Below are positions 21,905-31,174 of a stretch of DNA of 64,000 bases, piece by piece (within the stretch, counting starts at the first letter, position 1; each line of letters opens with the position of its first letter). The stretch comes from an uncultured Gemmatimonadales bacterium. GTDB lineage: Bacteria > Gemmatimonadota > Gemmatimonadetes > Longimicrobiales > RSA9. Under the pieces are notes generated by a model that saw nothing but the letters and a program-made list of their open reading frames with translations, was not told the DNA's origin and did not search any database. Location of the stretch: positions 288,001-352,000 of the forward strand of contig CAWCRS010000003.1 in the NCBI GenBank assembly GCA_963798085.1, read 5' to 3'. The position numbers and the translations under genes were made by a program.

Positions 21905-23637
21905 CCGATGACAGGAGCGTGCCCATCCGCGGGGTGTCCACCGGTGTTCCGGGCTTCGACGAGATTCTGGGCGGGGGGATCCCGCAGTACTCGTTCAATC
22001 TCATCGCGGGCGAACCGGGCACGGGCAAGACCACCTTGACGCAGCAGATCATCTTCGCCAACGCAACACCGGACCATCCCGCGCTCTACTTCACCGTGCT
22101 GGGCGAACCGACGCTCAAGATGCTCCGCTATCAGCAGCAGTTCTCCTTTTTCGAAACAAGTGCGGTCGGGCGTGCGGTCCAGTTCGTCAACCTCAGCGAA
22201 GTGGCGCTCGAGCAGGATCTGCCGAAAGTCCTCGAACGCATCATCCAGGAGGTCGAGGAAAGAGCTCCGTCCTTCGTGGTTGTGGATTCCTTCCGGACCG
22301 TGCTCCGGGCTGCAACAACCGAGGCAGGCGTGGAGATGGACCAGCAGAACTTCATTCAGCGCCTCGCGGTGCAGCTCACAAACCGCGAGGTCACGTCCTT
22401 CATGGTCGGCGAATACGCGGAGATCGAGGTCCGGCAGAACCCGATCTTCACCGTGGCGGACGGCATCATCTGGATGTTCCAGAAGGCAGAGGGCAACGCG
22501 AGCATGCGCAAGCTCAGCGTGGTCAAGATGCGTGGCAACGCATCCATATCCGGCCTTCATCCATTCCGCATTACCCGTGATGGGATCCGGGCATTTCCAC
22601 GCATCAGCGAGATGCCGCCGAGGTCCCAGGCCATGTCGACTGACCGGCGGCTCTCCACGGGCATCGCGAGGCTCGACGAGATGATGGGCGGAGGACTGCC
22701 CGCTGGCGACGCTGTTCTCGTCGCGGGTCCGGCGGGTTCGGGGAAGACGCTCGTGGCCATGCAGTTCATGATCGAAGGTTTGAAGAGCGGAGAATCCGGT
22801 GTCATCGTCATGTTCGAGGAGCATCCGGCGGAGTACCTGATGCGCGCCCGCACGCTGGGCGTAGACCTCGAAGCGATCGTTGATGCCGGCAAGCTTCGCC
22901 TCATGCGGCTCCGTCCACTCGACCTCTCCGTCGATGAGGTCGTGTACGAAATCCAGAATTCGGTGCGCATGATGGGAGCGACGCGCGTCGTGATCGACTC
23001 ACTGTCGGGCTTCGAGGTCGGCCTCGCGACAACGGAGAGCGACGAGATGCGCCAGTCGCTCTATCGCATGATCGCGACGCTCACGGGGTTGGGTGTCACT
23101 GTGGTAATGACGGCGGAGGTCGCCGAGGCGTTCGCAAGACCGCGTTTCACCCCGCACGCGATTTCCTTCCTCACCGACGACATCATCATGCAGCGTTTCG
23201 TCGAGATCAATGGTCACATTCACCCCGTCATCGGTATCGTGAAAATGCGGCGCAGCGGGCACAGCCGCGCACTCCACCTTTATGAGATCACACCGGAAGG
23301 CACGGTCATCAACGGAGTCCTGCGCGGCTATGACGGAATCCTTACGGGTGTGCCGGTCCAGCGTGCCGCCGTGACGTCCGCCGCGTTCGCAGGAATGACC
23401 GGCGGCGAGAGTGCCGTTCTCCGTTCTCTCATGGAGATGCGGACAGCGACAATGCATTCGATCCGCGACGAGACGGGTATGACTGAGGAGGAGCTTCTCC
23501 CGATCCTCGATCGATTGGCGGCACAGCAATTCATTGCTCAGGACGGACACGAAGGCGTAACCGCGTACCGGTACCAGTCACAGCCGGGTGACGTACAGCC
23601 AGGCTCGCGCCGCGAAGACGTTCAGTCGGGCAGGTAG
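21901..23637 (+). CDS. KaiC-like double-domain RecA-family ATPase with C-terminal extension
   Basis: STGVPGFDEILGGG/GEPGTGKT/VVVDS/KMRG and STGIARLDEMMGGG/GPAGSGKT/FEE/VVIDS/KMR; ISFLTDDII. Confidence 0.92.
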   Translation: MTDDRSVPIRGVSTGVPGFDEILGGGIPQYSFNLIAGEPGTGKTTLTQQIIFANATPDHPALYFTVLGEPTLKMLRYQQQFSFFETSAVGRAVQFVNLSEVALEQDLPKVLERIIQEVEERAPSFVVVDSFRTVLRAATTEAGVEMDQQNFIQRLAVQLTNREVTSFMVGEYAEIEVRQNPIFTVADGIIWMFQKAEGNASMRKLSVVKMRGNASISGLHPFRITRDGIRAFPRISEMPPRSQAMSTDRRLSTGIARLDEMMGGGLPAGDAVLVAGPAGSGKTLVAMQFMIEGLKSGESGVIVMFEEHPAEYLMRARTLGVDLEAIVDAGKLRLMRLRPLDLSVDEVVYEIQNSVRMMGATRVVIDSLSGFEVGLATTESDEMRQSLYRMIATLTGLGVTVVMTAEVAEAFARPRFTPHAISFLTDDIIMQRFVEINGHIHPVIGIVKMRRSGHSRALHLYEITPEGTVINGVLRGYDGILTGVPVQRAAVTSAAFAGMTGGESAVLRSLMEMRTATMHSIRDETGMTEEELLPILDRLAAQQFIAQDGHEGVTAYRYQSQPGDVQPGSRREDVQSGR

Positions 23638-23681
23638 TCGAGTCCCGATCCCGACCAAGGGGAGAAGGAGCGAATCCGCCG

Positions 23682-25287
23682 ATGACGAGATCAGTGAGCC
23701 GAATGTCGGACAGGGTTAGAAGCCGGCCGCGACCGAAACCGATCGGCGCCGCAGTCTCATGGGCGGATGTCATCGCGGATTCACCGCTCGCCCTGGCTGT
23801 GATCGATCAAGCCACGTTCCATATCCTCGCAACGAACTCCGCTTTCGTGCACGCGACCGGTGCGCGGCACGGCCAGTGGCAGGACCGGCCCTTCACAGAG
23901 CTGCTAACAGAGGGTGCAGAAGCGACACGTTCGATTCTCGAGACCGACTCGCGAGACCAGCGTGCCGGGGCATGTCGAAGGGGTTGTCTACATGCATCCG
24001 GAGCGTGGTCCGGTCCGCTGGGAATGTACGGTCTGGAGGGTTCCGAGAGGCGCGGGCCGAGGCTGCCTCTCCATCATGGTCTCCGACGGTTCGAGCCAGG
24101 ACCGGGAACCGAGCGGACTCGCTGTGCTCGCCGAAGAGATCCGCGCTGCCAACGAGCAGCTGCTGCTTGCAGGCATGCGCCAGTTGGATCTGGCCGATCG
24201 GGCCCGCGATCACGCCGAGCAGATCGACCACCTCCTCGCCAGCCAGGACGGCGGCGTCGTCCTCCTCGACGGCGCAGGCAACATCCTCCTCGCGAACGCG
24301 ACCGCACAGCAATTGCTCGGGCTGCCCGATCCGGCCGATTCCGCCTTCGCCAGCCGATTCCTCCAGCTCGATCTCCGGAATGCGGACGGATCCATCGTAC
24401 CCACCGCGCAGCGGCCGGAGATGAGAGTTCTCCGCGGCGAACAATTTTCCGATCTGGACCTGCGGTTGTCACACCCGGAACGCGAGCCGGTCCATCTGCG
24501 CTGCACCGGAAGCGCCGTCGCAGACGGTGACAGTCGCCAGGTGACCCTCGCGATCCTGGTATTCCACGACGTCACGGACAAGCACCGGCTCGATGAACTT
24601 CGGGCCGAATATATCTCTCTCATCTCTCACGACCTCTCGTCACCGGTCAGCGCAATCCTCGGGTACGTATCGCTCTTTCGCGACATGGCGGAGAGCTCCG
24701 CACCGGCGGCCGCCACGGTATGGGTCGATCGCATCAGCGATTCGGCGGAACGCATGGCCGCGATGATCCGGGACCTCGTCGAGTCGACGCGCCTGGAGTC
24801 GGGAGTACTCACGCTGCAGCGCGAACCCGCGAACCTTGCATTGCTTGTCGGTCGCGCCGTCACGCTGCTGCCCTCGGTCGAGGACCGCCGTCGTTTCAGC
24901 ATCGAGGTCGCCCCTCCGGCCCTGGTCGCGCTCGACCTGGAGCGCTTCGACCGCGTCATCACGAACCTGATATCCAACGCACTCAAGTATTCCACCCCCG
25001 GCTCATCGATCGATGTGCGGTTCCATAAAACGGATCACGAACTGATCATGTCGATGAAGAGCATGGGGCCAGGCATCCCGCCGGAGAGCATTTCGAAGAT
25101 CTTCGGGCGCTACTTCCGCGTGGACGCTGGTTCACGGATCCGCGGCACCGGACTCGGGCTGTATATCGCGCGGCTGATCGTGGAGGCACATGGCGGCCGC
25201 ATCTGGGCGGAATCCGTCGCAGGCCAGAGCACCACGTTTTCCATCGCACTGCCTTCTGACTGCGGGCCGGCCGCCGATCCCGCTTGA
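23682..25287 (+). CDS. Cytoplasmic PAS-domain histidine kinase, frameshift near 23940
   Basis: SPLALAVID..ILATNSAF; GGVVLLDGAGNILLAN; FHDVTD; ISHDLSSP; NLISNALKY; GTGLGLYIA; no TM segment; start uncertain. Confidence 0.85.
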
Positions 25288-25432
25288 CGATTGCCTCTGC
25301 TTTTATCGCTGCCGCATTAGCACGCCAGCAGAACGTAGGCGGCACCAGACTTGCTCCTGAAACAGGAATCCGCAGCCCCCTGTCAGTTGACCCATCGGAA
25401 TCCGTAGCCATCGGATGAGGTATTGAACCACG

Positions 25433-28400
25433 GTGACCCACCGCCGTCGGCAAACCTCGCTCACCGGCAGCGTCGCCGACCCGCGGACTTCTCGTCGAAG
25501 CTCATTCCGCCTCGTTTCCGATAAGCCTGCCGTGGCGGCGGTGCCGCCGCAGCAGCCGGTCCTCCACCACGGTCCAGGCCGGAGGGCCTCTGGCCCGCGC
25601 GTCCCTGTCAACCTCGCCAGGCGACTTCTCCTCCTGTGCGCTCTCTCCAGCGCGGCGTTCGGCACCGGTTGTCGCGAGATCAATGTGACCACGGCGCAGG
25701 TGGCGGCTCTGGCGGTCGTGCCAGACACCGCCTCCGTGAGCGTCGCCACGCGCCGGCAGTTGCGCGTCGTGCTTCGTGATGCGGCCGGCCACGAGCTGTT
25801 CGGACGGGCCGTCGACTGGTCCAGCAGCGACACCCGGCTGGCCACGGTTGATCCTGATGGCATGGTCGAGGGGGTCGCGGTTGGGACGGTCACGATCGGG
25901 GCGGCTGTCGGCGACGCCAGCGGGGTCGCCGAGATCAGAATCCTGCCGGCGCCGGCCATTGCAGCGAGCCCGGATACGGCGCGCATGACGCTCGCCGGGC
26001 ACGCGTCGGCTCCGGCAGTCGTCGATGTCGTGCTGTCGAACCCGGGCATTGCCGCGGTCACAGGCCTCCGCGCCACAACCATTGATGGTCAGGGTCAGCC
26101 TGTGGGATGGCTCCAGGCGACGCTTCTCTCTGCGTCGTTGCCGGCTGTGCTCCGGCTCGCCGGCTCGGCCGGGTCGCTGAACAGCGGCACCTATCAGGCA
26201 AGAGTAATGGTCGAAGCTTCCGCCGGTGCCTCACCAGCCTCGATTCCTGTCGAGCTTACGGTGTCGCCGGCGGGCCCCGCCATTGCCCTGTCCGATTCCG
26301 TCATTGCAATGACCGCGCTGGAAGGAGGCGCCGATCCACAGGGTGTGAGCATCACGGTGACGAACGGAGGCGGGGGCACGCTCTCCGGGCTGGGTGCGTC
26401 GGTCACATACACGAGCGGCCAGGGCACTGGCTGGCTGACCGCGAGTCTCAGTCCCTCGACACCGCCCAGCTCGTTGACGCTCACCGCGCAAACCGGCTCG
26501 CTCCAGCCCGGCACGCACGTGGCCAGTGTGCTCATCAGCTCGGCCACCAGCGGCGTGAGCCCGCGCATGATTGCGGTCAGCTTTGTGATCTCAGCGATGC
26601 CCCGTCCGACCATTGCGCTGTCGGCGACTGACGCACTGTTTTTCGCGGATGCGGGTGGTGCCGACCCCGGCAGCCAGCCCGTCGACATCAGCAACGCGGG
26701 CGGTGGCACGCTGAGCGGGCTCTCTGCCGCGGTACAATATGCCGCTGGCCAGTCCACCGGCTGGCTGACTGCCACACTCGCCGTGACCACCGCGCCCGCG
26801 GAACTGACGCTGCACGCGCGCACCGGCTCGCTGGCTCCCGGCCGCTATGATGCTTCGGTGCTGGTCAGCGCACCCAATGTCTACAACAGCCCGCAAGTGA
26901 TAACAGCGCATTTCCAGGTGGACGCGGCCGTGGTCGTGCCGCCTTCGATCGGGCTCTCAGTTGTCAGCATTGCCTTCACCGCTGCGGCTGGCGGCCCTGA
27001 CCCACAAGGTCAGACCGTGGATGTGAGCAACCGGGGCGGCGGTACGCTGAGCGGCCTCTCGACTGCGGTCAGCTACCCGGCCGGACAACCGTCGGGGTGG
27101 CTTGCCGCCGGGCTCTCTTCCACCGTGGCCCCGGCTACTCTGACATTGCAGGCGACGACGGGTTCGCTGGCCGCCGGCACATGGACGGCGAACGTCGAGG
27201 TCCGGTCCGCCGGCGCGATCAACAGCCCGCAGACCGTGACCGTCACCTTCATCGTGACGCCGGTTGCAGTGCCCCCGGCGATTTCCTTGAGTCCGCCCAC
27301 GGCGTCCTTCACAGCGACGGCCGGTGGCGCCGACCCGCCTGCTGCGGCCGTCACGGTCAGCAACGCTGGCGGCGGCACGCTCAGCGCGCTGGCAGTCAGC
27401 GTGCAGTACGCGGCCGGCCAGCCCACTGGCTGGCTGAACGCCACACTCGCCGCGACCACCGCGCCCACGACGCTGACGCTGCGGCCGGTGACCGGCTCGC
27501 TGGCTCCCGGCAGCTATGACGCTTCGGTGCTGGTCAGCGCACCCAGTACCTCCAACAGCCCGCAAGTCGTAACAGCGCATTTCCAGGTGGACCCGCCCGT
27601 GGTCGTGCCGCCTTCGATCGGGCTCTCTGCTGTCAGCATTGCCTTCACCGCTGCGGCTGGCGGCCCTGCCCCACAAGGCCAGACCGTGGATGTGAGCAAC
27701 CGGGGCGGCGGTACGCTGAGCGGCCTCTCGACTGCGGTCAGCTACCCGGCCGGACAACCGTCGGGGTGGCTTGCCGCCGGGCTCTCGTCCACCCTGGCCC
27801 CGGCTACTCTGACATTGCAGGCGACGACGGGTTCGCTGGCCGCCGGCACATGGACGGCGAACGTCGAGGTCCGGTCCGCCGGCGCGATCAACAGCCCGCA
27901 GACCGTGACCGTCACCTTCATCGTGACGCCGGTTGCAGTGCCCCCGGCGATTTCCTTGAGTCCGCCCACGGCGTCCTTCACAGCGACGGCCGGTGGCGCC
28001 GACCCGCCTGCTGCGGCCGTCACGGTCAGCAACGCTGGCGGCGGCACGCTCAGCGCGCTGGCAGTCAGCGTGCAGTACGCGGCCGGCCAGCCCACTGGCT
28101 GGCTGAACGCCACACTCGCCGCGACCTCCGCGCCCACGACGCTGACGCTGCGGCCGGTAACGGGCGCTCTTGCGGCGGGAACCTACAACGCCACGGTTGC
28201 GGTAACCGCGAACGGTGCCGCCAACAGTCCGCAGACGATCGGCGTGACCTTCACCGTGGACGCCGGCATCACCATACCCCCAGCGCCCACCGGTCTCCAG
28301 GCCACCACAAAGAGCCGCAGCGAGATCGATCTCAAATGGATCGACAACAGCATGGTGGAGGACAGCTTCGTAGTGGAGCGCAGTCCGCTGCTGCCTGTCG

Positions 28401-28552
28401 CCTGGTCCAGCGTTGCGACGCTCAAACGCAACACGACCAGCTACGCGGACAAGGGCCTGCTGAGCAACACGCTCTACTGGTACCGTGTGCTGGCCTGCAA
28501 TGCCGCCGGCTGCTCCACCTCCAACGTCGATTCGGCGACCACAAAGCGCTGA
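25433..28552 (+). CDS. Large surface protein, probable lipoprotein: Big_2, multiple BACON-like Ig repeats, C-terminal FN3
   Basis: LLLLCALSSAAFGTGC; WSSSDTRLATVD; repeats V.VSN.GGGTLS.L...GWL...GSL..G.Y.A.V; APTGLQA..IDLKWIDNS..YWYRVLACN; start uncertain. Confidence 0.82.
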   Translation: MTHRRRQTSLTGSVADPRTSRRSSFRLVSDKPAVAAVPPQQPVLHHGPGRRASGPRVPVNLARRLLLLCALSSAAFGTGCREINVTTAQVAALAVVPDTASVSVATRRQLRVVLRDAAGHELFGRAVDWSSSDTRLATVDPDGMVEGVAVGTVTIGAAVGDASGVAEIRILPAPAIAASPDTARMTLAGHASAPAVVDVVLSNPGIAAVTGLRATTIDGQGQPVGWLQATLLSASLPAVLRLAGSAGSLNSGTYQARVMVEASAGASPASIPVELTVSPAGPAIALSDSVIAMTALEGGADPQGVSITVTNGGGGTLSGLGASVTYTSGQGTGWLTASLSPSTPPSSLTLTAQTGSLQPGTHVASVLISSATSGVSPRMIAVSFVISAMPRPTIALSATDALFFADAGGADPGSQPVDISNAGGGTLSGLSAAVQYAAGQSTGWLTATLAVTTAPAELTLHARTGSLAPGRYDASVLVSAPNVYNSPQVITAHFQVDAAVVVPPSIGLSVVSIAFTAAAGGPDPQGQTVDVSNRGGGTLSGLSTAVSYPAGQPSGWLAAGLSSTVAPATLTLQATTGSLAAGTWTANVEVRSAGAINSPQTVTVTFIVTPVAVPPAISLSPPTASFTATAGGADPPAAAVTVSNAGGGTLSALAVSVQYAAGQPTGWLNATLAATTAPTTLTLRPVTGSLAPGSYDASVLVSAPSTSNSPQVVTAHFQVDPPVVVPPSIGLSAVSIAFTAAAGGPAPQGQTVDVSNRGGGTLSGLSTAVSYPAGQPSGWLAAGLSSTLAPATLTLQATTGSLAAGTWTANVEVRSAGAINSPQTVTVTFIVTPVAVPPAISLSPPTASFTATAGGADPPAAAVTVSNAGGGTLSALAVSVQYAAGQPTGWLNATLAATSAPTTLTLRPVTGALAAGTYNATVAVTANGAANSPQTIGVTFTVDAGITIPPAPTGLQATTKSRSEIDLKWIDNSMVEDSFVVERSPLLPVAWSSVATLKRNTTSYADKGLLSNTLYWYRVLACNAAGCSTSNVDSATTKR
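26822..28158 (+). repeat. Near-identical intragenic tandem duplication, 669-bp unit (223 aa)
   Basis: ACCGGCTCGCTGGCTCCCGG at 26822 recurs at 27491; the match continues with scattered substitutions to about 28158. Confidence 0.92.
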
Positions 28553-28564
28553 TTCCCGAGCGTC

Positions 28565-28590
28565 GGCCATGCGCCATTCCGCATGGCCTT
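28565..28590 (+). terminator. Hairpin after the surface-protein gene
   Basis: GGCCATGCG-ccattc-CGCATGGCC-TT just past the stop, between convergent genes. Confidence 0.45.
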
Positions 28591-28715
28591 GCGCACTTCA
28601 ACGCGCCCCGGGCGCGGCGGCGGGGGACAGCGCGGGCGTTCCCCGCACCTTGACCAGCCGTCGCGCAGCGCAGCGGTACTCACGGCACGAGGCGAGGCGG
28701 CGATTGCGGCGCCCT

Positions 28716-30158
28716 CTACGTCGCCGGTGTGCCCAGAACCCGCTTCACCGTCTGCCCGGACCGGAGCGGGTCGGTTGGGCCAATTCCGTTGATGAGGGCG
28801 ACCTCATCGAGGGACACACCCGAAGGGAACTGACTGTTGAATTGACCGAGCGTCATCGCGCGTGGGGCCGTGGCGAGGCTGAGCCGCATCGGTTGCACCG
28901 CGAGCGCCGCGGCATCGGTCAGTCGATCGAAGCTCGTGACGCTCGCCTGCATGGCGGAACTGTAGGTGTTGAACTTGGCGCTCGTGGAGTAGGCGGTCAC
29001 CTGATAGGTGGCGCCGCTGAACTCGATGAAGGTCGCGGTCCCCTGTAGGGCCGTACCCTGGCTGGTCTGGGCGCTGAACTCTCCAGTTACCGCGGGGAAG
29101 CCATGGATGCTGTTCTGCGAAGTGCGACCGGCCACGACTCCCTGCTGGGCGAAGAACGCCTGCGCTGCCTGGGCTGCGGTCCCCTGCGCGCCTCGCAGTT
29201 CGACGATAGCGTCCTGCGCCGAGCTCATGCCGATCACGGCATCGCTTGCGTTCTGGGTCTGCCAGCCGTTCGGGAACTGAAACTGGAATTTGAGATCCGG
29301 GTGCAGGAAAAGCGGGCCGCGGAAGAAGCCCTGGCGCGGATTCTCGCCGTAGACCATTCCGTCGATCACCTTGAGGAACTCATCCCGGCCGACTTTCAGG
29401 TTGGCGAGGTTCTCCTGCACTGTGGCAAGCCGGTCCTCGGTAGCCTTGATCCGATTGCCGGGGTCGGGGTGGGTCGACTCCCATTCGGGCAAGCGCCCGC
29501 CGCCGCTCATTTCCCCCTGCTGTTCGAGCATCTTGAAAACACTGACCATCTCGCGGACGTCATACCCATCGGCCAGGGCATAGCGGAATCCGAGCTGATC
29601 CGCCTGCGTCTCATCATCACGGCTGAACTTCAGGAACAGCAGGTCGAGACCAGCGCCGGCCGCACCGCTGTATTGCCGGATACTCGAGGAGAGGATGGAC
29701 CCGAGGCCCAGCCCTGCCTGGGCCAGTTCTGCACGGCTGATCTGCTGAACGCTGTGACGCGCGGCCACATGACCACTCTCATGGCCCAGAACGGTCATCA
29801 GTTCGGCCTCGTTGGTCATGTGCGTCAGGAGGCCGCGGGTGACGAAGACGAAGCCGCCGGGAAGCGCGAATGCGTTGACGGAGGGGTCATCGACCACCTG
29901 GTAGGCCCACGGCAGACTGGGCCGCTCGGTCCGGGCGGCAAGAGTCAACCCCAGGCGGCTCACGTAGGCCTGTACGGCAGCATCCTTGTAGAGCCCGATG
30001 GTCTGCGCGACATCGGCCGCGCCCTGCCTGCCCATCTCGATTTCCTGCGACTCCGAAACCAGGGCCAGTTCGTTCTTCCCGGTCACCGGGTTGATGGCGC
30101 AGGAGGCCAGAACGGTGGCCACAAGCAGTGCGCTGGTTCGCAGGCTTCGACGCACCAT
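28716..30158 (-). CDS. M48-family zinc metalloprotease lipoprotein
   Basis: LASCAINPVTG, VNAFALPGG, LGHESGH, FSRDDETQAD, STHPDPGNR. Confidence 0.93.
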   Translation of the reverse strand: MVRRSLRTSALLVATVLASCAINPVTGKNELALVSESQEIEMGRQGAADVAQTIGLYKDAAVQAYVSRLGLTLAARTERPSLPWAYQVVDDPSVNAFALPGGFVFVTRGLLTHMTNEAELMTVLGHESGHVAARHSVQQISRAELAQAGLGLGSILSSSIRQYSGAAGAGLDLLFLKFSRDDETQADQLGFRYALADGYDVREMVSVFKMLEQQGEMSGGGRLPEWESTHPDPGNRIKATEDRLATVQENLANLKVGRDEFLKVIDGMVYGENPRQGFFRGPLFLHPDLKFQFQFPNGWQTQNASDAVIGMSSAQDAIVELRGAQGTAAQAAQAFFAQQGVVAGRTSQNSIHGFPAVTGEFSAQTSQGTALQGTATFIEFSGATYQVTAYSTSAKFNTYSSAMQASVTSFDRLTDAAALAVQPMRLSLATAPRAMTLGQFNSQFPSGVSLDEVALINGIGPTDPLRSGQTVKRVLGTPAT

Positions 30159-30375
30159 CGTCGGGCGGCGTGCGTCCCTGTGAAGCGTTTCGATCCCGAC
30201 GTGTTGCCCAACAAGGGCCCTTTGCGCCACACCTCTGGCTTCAAGCGTGTGGATGCTGCGGCACGAATCCATCATGAGTACTCCTTGTGGTTTCTATCGC
30301 CCATCACGATCGCCACGCTTGGCGGATCGGAAGCCGACCTGATCCTCTCCTGTGCGCTGCTCCAACCGACGTGAC

Positions 30376-30570
30376 TCAGCCGGTCTTCTTCACGCCCTTC
30401 TTGCGATGTGCGCCGCGAGCGGCCTTGATCCTGTCGAAGGTCCGCTGTGCTGCTTCGCGGAGGCGCTCTTCCGCGGACTTCGCGGCGTCGCCAAGGTCTT
30501 CGACGAGCTTTCGCGTCGCGGCCTCGTCCAGCTTCGCGAGGCGGTCGATCTTGTCTCTCCCTCCGGTCAT
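30376..30570 (-). CDS. Small basic hypothetical protein
   Basis: 64 aa, GAGGG upstream of ATG, helical composition; no recognised family. Confidence 0.35.
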   Translation of the reverse strand: MTGGRDKIDRLAKLDEAATRKLVEDLGDAAKSAEERLREAAQRTFDRIKAARGAHRKKGVKKTG

Positions 30571-30607
30571 GGTGATGCAATCCCTCGCTGAACCTTGAAC
30601 GGAGTCG

Positions 30608-31102
30608 TCAGGCGCGCCTCCGCGCTCCGACTACGATCAGCCCTAACCCCACCAGCAGGACGGCCCCGCCCGCCCACGGCACGACCGATTGCTGCCCGTT
30701 CGCCATGACCATCGTGTCACCCATGTGGCCGATATTGCTCCGGGACGTGAGGCTTGCACCGCGCAGAAGCATGAAGCCACCCAGTGCGGCAGCGAGGATC
30801 CCCGCGATGATCATTGAACGCATTGAGACTCCTTTCGAGCTATGCCGGATGGTCAGTCGACTTCGCGGCGCACTTCGCGGGCGGTCGACCGACCGTCCCG
30901 GTATTTCGCCGTCAATGATGCGCCGGCCCAGGCCCGCGCAACGGGCCTCGGCTTCCTGCTTCGTCCGGTATCGTCCGGCCGTGCCGAACATATGGGTCTT
31001 GTCACGGCGGCTGATCTCGAGGTCCGCAGCCCAGCACCCGGATTCGTGGAGGCGATACGGCCACGCCACGATGTTGAAGCCCTTGTAATCTCTGTTGGTC
31101 AT
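30608..31102 (-). CDS. Hypothetical protein, apparently two modules in one frame (small soluble domain plus 2-TM protein with its own RBS/ATG at 30823)
   Basis: 164-aa ORF; AAGGAG-tctca-ATG precedes MRSMIIAGILAAALGG...WAGGAVLLVGLGLIVVGARRRA. Confidence 0.6.
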   Translation of the reverse strand: MTNRDYKGFNIVAWPYRLHESGCWAADLEISRRDKTHMFGTAGRYRTKQEAEARCAGLGRRIIDGEIPGRSVDRPRSAPRSRLTIRHSSKGVSMRSMIIAGILAAALGGFMLLRGASLTSRSNIGHMGDTMVMANGQQSVVPWAGGAVLLVGLGLIVVGARRRA

Positions 31103-31174
31103 GACCCGCGTCCTCGCCGTGTCTTTTGCGTCCCCTTCAAGGGTGTTCCGTTCGAGACTCGCTCGATTCGCACG

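Noticed and set aside
21901..23637. True circadian clock kaiC
   Set aside because: No kaiA/kaiB adjacent, incomplete phosphosite motif and a different C-terminus
25440..25500. c-di-GMP-I riboswitch (GGCAAACC present)
   Set aside because: The downstream GACGCAAAG motif and second stem are absent
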